DNA of 64,000 nucleotides. Source: Squalus acanthias (Eukaryota). Where the stretch lies: assembly GCA_030390025.1 (NCBI GenBank), contig CM059443.1:48608001-48672000 (forward strand). Direction: 5' to 3'. A model generated the notes under the pieces. It had not been told where the DNA came from and ran no database searches. It saw nothing but the letters and a program-made list of their open reading frames with translations. A program made the translations under genes and the position numbers. Below, piece after piece: positions 59,163 to 64,000 of the stretch (positions are counted from its first letter, which is position 1; the number at the start of each line of letters is the position of its first letter).

Positions 59163-59353
59163 TTTGAGTATTTGTACGAGTTAAGCTGCTGGTCACTGAG
59201 GAGATTCCAGATGTTGAGGTGGGGGTGTCTGAAGTCTCTGCACTCGCCTCTGTCACAGTCAGGGAGATGTTTGCTGCAATCTTCCAGACAGGTTTCCCTG
59301 AATCCTGACTGTGGACAGCACAGAGATACCTCCCAGTGTCCACCACATCCGCT
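59163..59353 (-). pseudogene. IgSF receptor copy B, 3' part of the V-set/stalk exon (5' part displaced by a LINE)
   Basis: ADVVDTGRYLCAVHSQDSGKPVWKIAANISLTVT...TNTQ|GTAAGT is nearly identical to copy A. Homology stops at about 59353, where LINE family B begins. Confidence 0.85.
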
Positions 59354-61405
59354 AATGAATCAGTACTTTGCCATGTTGAACACCAGTCTGGGCCTGCGAC
59401 AGGTGGTGAGAGAACCAACACGAGGGAAAAACTTACTTGACCTCGTCCTCACCAATCTACCTGTCGCAGATGCATCTGTCCATGACAGTATTGGTAGCAG
59501 TGATCACCACACAGTCATTGTGGAGACGAAGTCCCATCTTCACACTGAGGACACCCTCCATCGTATTGTGTGGCGCTAACACCGTGCTAAATGGGATAGA
59601 TTCAGAACAGATCTAGCAACTCAAAACTGGGCATCCATGAGGCGCTGTGGGGCAGCAGCAGAATTGTATTCGACCACAATCTGTAACCTCATGGCCCGGC
59701 ATATCCCTCACTGTACCATTACCACCAAGCCAGGGGACCAACCCTGGTTCAAACAGGAATGTAGAAGAGCATGCCAGGAGCAGCATCAGGCGTACCTAAA
59801 AATGAGGTGCCAACCTGGGGAAGCAGCAACACAGGACTACACACATGTTAAAAAACGGAAGCAGCATGCTATAGACAGGGCTAAGTGATCCCACAATCAA
59901 CGGATCAGATCAAAGCTCTGCAGTCCTGCCACATCCAGTCATGAATGGTGGTGGACAATTAAACAACTAACTGGAGGAGGAGGCTCCATGAATATCCCCA
60001 TCCTCAATGATGGTGGAGCCCAGCACGTGAGTGCAAAAGACAAGGCTGAAGCGTTTGCAGCCATCTTCAGCCAGAAGTGCCGAGTGGATGATCCACATCA
60101 GCCTACTCCTGAGGTCCCCACCATCACAGAAGTCAGTCTTCAGCCAATTCGATTCACTCCACGTGATATCAAGAAACGGTTGAGCGCAGTGGATACAGCA
60201 AAGGCTATGGGCCCTGACAACATCCCGGCTATCATGCTGAAGACTTGTCTTCCAGAACTAGCCGCGCCTCTAGCCAAGCTGGTCCAATACAGGTACAACA
60301 CTGGCATCTATCCGACAATGTGGTAAACTGCCCAGGTATGTCCTGTCCACAAAAAGCAGGAGAAATCCAATCTTGCCAATTACCGCCCCATCAGTCTACT
60401 CTCAATCATGAGCAAAGTGATGGAAGATGTCATCGACAGTGCTATCAAGCGGCACTTACTCACCTATAACCTGCTCACTGATGCCCAGTTTGGGTTCCAC
60501 CAAGACCACTCTGCTCCCGACCTCATTACAGCCTTGGTCCAAACATGGACAAAAGAGCTGAATTCCAGAGGTGAGGTGAGAATGCCTGCCCTTGACATCA
60601 AGGCAGCATTTGACCGAGTGTGGCATGAAGTCAATGGGAATCAGGGTGAAAACTCTCCACTGGCTGGAGTCATACCTAGCACAAAGGAAGATGGTTGTGG
60701 TGATTGAAGGTCAATCATCACAGTCCCAGGACATCGCTGCAGGAGTTCCTCAGGGCAGTGTCCTAGGCCCAACCATAAGAACGTAAGAAATAGGAGCAGT
60801 AGTAGGCCATTCGGCCCTTCGAGCCTGCTCCGCCATTCAATGAGATCATGGCTGATCTTCTGCCTCAACTCCATTCACTGGCCCTATCGCCATATCCCTT
60901 GATGCCCTTACTAGTCAGAAATCTATTGACTTCTGTTTTGAATATACCCAATGACTGAGCCTCCACAGCCCTCTAGGGTAGTGAATTCCAAAGATTCACC
61001 ACCCTCTGTGTGAAGAAATTTCTTCTCATCTCAGTCCTGAATGGCCTACCCTTTATCTTGTGGCTGTGGCCACTGGTTCTAGACTCCCCAAGGGAAACAT
61101 TCTCCCAGCATCCATCCTATCAAGCCCTGTAATAATTTTGTATGCTTCAATGAGATCCCCTCTCATTCTTCTGAATTCACGAGAAACAGGCCTAGTTTAC
61201 TCAATCTCTTCTCATATGACAGACTCGCCATCCCAGGAATCAATCTCGTGAACCTTCGTTGCGCTCCCTCTATGGCAAGTATATCCTTCCTTAGGTAAAG
61301 AGACCAAAATTGTACACAGTACTCCAGGTGTGGTCTCACCAAGACCCTATATAATTGGAGTAAGACTTCTTTACTGGAGTGGAGCTGTGGTCATTGTTTG
61401 GTGTG

Positions 61406-61644
61406 ATTGCCGTGATTATCTCTCTGCCGAGGTGTGATAAAGGGCAGTTAGAAAGATTAACTGTAATCATCTGGCAGTGTTCTCTGACTATATATGCTGT
61501 GCCGAAATACATCTCTTCACTTCACCTGACGAAGGGGCAGCAGCTCCGAAAGCTTGTGATTTCAAATAAAACTGTTGGACTATAACCTGGTGTTGTGCGA
61601 CTTCTCACATTTGTTCACCCCAGTCCAACACCGGCATCTCCACA
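61406..61644 (+). mobile_element. Penelope-like element terminal fragment with a 15-bp target-site duplication
   Basis: Direct repeat TCATTGTTTGGTGTG at 61391-61405 and 61645-61659. Internal CACCTGACGAAGGGGCAGCAGCTCCGAAAGCTTGTG..AATAAA.CTGTTGGACTATAACCTGGTG. Confidence 0.8.
61522..61559 (+). ncRNA. Minimal type-I hammerhead ribozyme motif (Penelope-associated)
   Basis: UCAC-CUGACGA-A-GGGGC(AGCA)GCUCC-GAAA-GC-UU-GUGA: both core boxes, stems I and II, and a palindromic AAGCUU in place of helix III. Confidence 0.72.
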
Positions 61645-62139
61645 TCATTGTTTGGTGTGGAATTGAGGGAAGCAGAACGTAATGAGAAGATGTTAAACAT
61701 TGCTCAACAGTAATTTCTATGCTGGTGGTACCTTTCTGCGGGACAACTGCAACTAATTAACCTCGAGTTAGATTTCTATTTATCACATTCAGAATTTCCT
61801 CTTTTTCAATTGTTTCTCTGACTCATGCTTCCTAAAAAAAGAGGAACGGTACAATAACTGAACTGTTCCCAACATCTTATCAGTAATCTAAACATCAATT
61901 TGTCTAAAATGCAGAATTATCTGAACCTGCTTTTCAAACTTGCGTGTGTATATATCCCTCCCCCATGACAGTCAGTGTAATGTTGAGGGACCACTCCGAG
62001 CTGCTACAAGCTGAATGAGGGATTGGGGGTGTTGCCTGTGACGGGCTTAAGGAAATACCACAGCAACTTAATATAGTGCCTTTAACGTTGTAAAACATCC
62101 CAAGCTGCTTCACAGAGGCATAAGCAAAATGGAATCCAA

Positions 62140-62460
62140 GCTAAGGAAGGATATATTGGCCTTGGAGGGAGTGCAGCGTAGATTTACTAGAACGATACCT
62201 GAACTCCAGGGGTTAAATTACGAGGAGCGATTACACCAACGAGGGTTGTAGTCCCTGGAATTTAGACGGTTAAGGGGTGATTTGATTGAAGTTTTCAAGA
62301 TATTAAGGGGAACTGATAGAGTAGATAAAGAGAAGCTATTGCCGCTGGTTGGGGAGTCTAGGACTAGGGGGCATAGTCTAAAAAATTAGAGCCAGACCTT
62401 TCAAGAGTGAAGTTAGGAAACACTTCTACACACAAAGGGTGGTAGAAGTTTGGAACACTC
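62140..62460 (+). mobile_element. CR1 3' ORF2 fragment in opposite orientation
   Basis: Translates as RKDILALEGVQRRFTR.IP...LEFRRLRGDLIEVFK...TRGHS. Confidence 0.85.
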
Positions 62461-64000
62461 TACCAAAGTGGGTAACTTCACATTTATCCACATTATATTC
62501 CATCTGCCATGTTCTCGCCCACTCACTGAGCCTGTCGAGATCCCCTTGAAGCCTCTTCACATCCTCTTCGCAACTGACACTGCCACCTAGCTTTGTGTCA
62601 TCAGCAAATTTGGAAATGTTTCATTTAGTCCCTTCATCCAAATCATTGATATAGATTGTGAATAGCTGGGGCTCAAGCACCGATCCTTGCGGTACCCCAC
62701 TAGTCACAGCCTGCCATCCTGAAAAAGACCCGTTTATCCCTACTCTTTGTTTTCTGTCCATTAACCAATTCTCAATCCATGCTAGTATATTACCCCCAAT
62801 TCCATGTGCCCTAATTTTGTTCACCAACCTCTTGTGTGGGACCTTATCGAAGGCCTTCTGAAAATCCAGATACACCACATCTACCGGTTCCCCTTTGTCT
62901 ACTCCACTAGTTACATCCTCAAAGAACTCCAATAGGTTTGTCAAACAGGATTTCCCTTCCATAAATCCATGTTGACTCTGCCCAATCTTACTATTAGTTT
63001 CTAAGTGTCCAGTTATTGCATCCTTTATAATAGATTCCAACATTTTCCCAACTACTGATGTGAGGCTAACAGGTCTGTAGTTCCCCGTTTTCTCTCTCCC
63101 TCCTTTCTTAAATAGCGGGGTTACATTTGCTATCCTCCAATCTGCAGGAACCATTCCAGAATCTATAGAATTTTGGAAGATGACAACCAATGCGTCCACT
63201 ATTCCAATGGCCACCTCTTTCAAAACCCTAGGATGTAGGTCATCCGGTCCTTGGGATTTATCGACTGCTAGTACTGTTTTTTTACTAATAATAATTTGTT
63301 TAAGTTTCACATTCTCGTCACACCCTTGGTTTTCTCATATTTCTGGGAGGTTTTTTGTGTCTTCCTCCGTGAAGACAGAAACAAAGTATTTATTTAATTT
63401 TTCTGCCATTTCCTCATTTTCCATTATAAATTCTCTCGTCTCTGACTGTAAAGGACCTTCGCCAGTCTTTTCCTTTTCACATACCTATAGAAGCTTTTAC
63501 AATCCATTTTTATATTTTTTGCTAGTTTGTGCTCATATTCCATTTTCCCTTTCTTCAGCTGCTTCATTAATGACCTTCCCTTCAACATAAGGTCAGAAAT
63601 AGGGATGTTCGCTGATGACTGCACAGCGTTCAGTGCCATTCACAACTCCTCAGATAATGAAGCAGTCCATGCCCGCATGCAACAAGACCTGGACGACATT
63701 CAGGCTTGGGCTGATAAGTGGCAGGTAACATTCGCGCCACAGAATTGCCAGGCAATGACTATCTCCAACAAGCGAGAGTCTAACCAATGCCCCTTGACAT
63801 TTAATGGCATTACCATCACCGAATCCCCCACCATCAACATCCTGGGGGTCACCATTGACCAGAAACTTAACTGGACCAACCACATAAATACTGTGGCAAC
63901 AAGAGCAGGTCAGAGGCTAGGTATTCTGCGGCGAGTGTCTCACCTCCTGACTCCCCAAAGCTTTTCTACCATCTACAAGGCACAAGTAAGGAGTGTGATG

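Larger units (their letters stand above)
60774..63552 (-). mobile_element. CR1 (same subfamily as 25553-28365) nested in LINE B and itself interrupted at 61376-62460
   Basis: The tail and 3'UTR are nearly identical to 25555 onward; RT ORF 62621-63310. Confidence 0.92.
59354..64000 (+). mobile_element. LINE family B (59354-60773, resuming at about 63553 to the window end) carrying nested insertions
   Basis: EPTRGKNLLDLVLTN...SDH and KAMGPDNIP. GTCCTAGGCCCAACCAT at 60760-60776 is continued by CTTCAGCTGCTTCATTAATGAC at about 63553. Confidence 0.9.

Noticed and set aside
37597-59353. Copies A and B as an uncollapsed haplotype artefact
   Set aside because: Considered less likely than true paralogy: the stalk intron is clearly diverged, TM repeat number and TE insertions differ, and the copies are not separated by the 200-N gap. 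Read depth would settle it.

Overview
Eukaryotic, repeat-rich vertebrate DNA. The repeat families (CR1/HER1-type LINEs with ATGTTCTT/ATGTTTCT tails, HE1-type and Deu-domain SINEs, Penelope ends) point to a shark or other elasmobranch; this is inferred from recognition, not from a search. Most long ORFs in the track are artefacts of minisatellites or belong to LINEs. Genes, all on the minus strand: (1) the last two coding exons and poly(A) signal of ICE2/NARG2 (32193-31932 and 19869-19663); (2) a probable TATA promoter with a non-coding first exon at about 175-300, where ANXA2 is expected from vertebrate synteny; (3) right of a 200-N scaffold gap, two tandem paralogues of an unassigned type-I immunoglobulin-superfamily receptor. 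Its layout is leader, atypical 9-Cys Ig-like domain, V-set domain with S/T stalk, Cys mini-exon, repeat-built TM helix, and a long multi-tyrosine tail. All exon phases fit together by hand. Copy A (42801-37582) has an intact ectodomain but its tail is cut by a CR1 insertion. Copy B (about 59353-53703) has the full tail but its V exon is broken by nested LINEs. Mobile-element highlights: an intact two-ORF CR1 (6221 to about 10700) apparently headed by a 37-bp monomer array, a hAT-like MITE with an internal 45-bp higher-order repeat, a Harbinger Myb/SANT remnant, and a Penelope fragment with a 15-bp TSD and a minimal hammerhead ribozyme. There are two N gaps (35206-35405 and 54345-54603).
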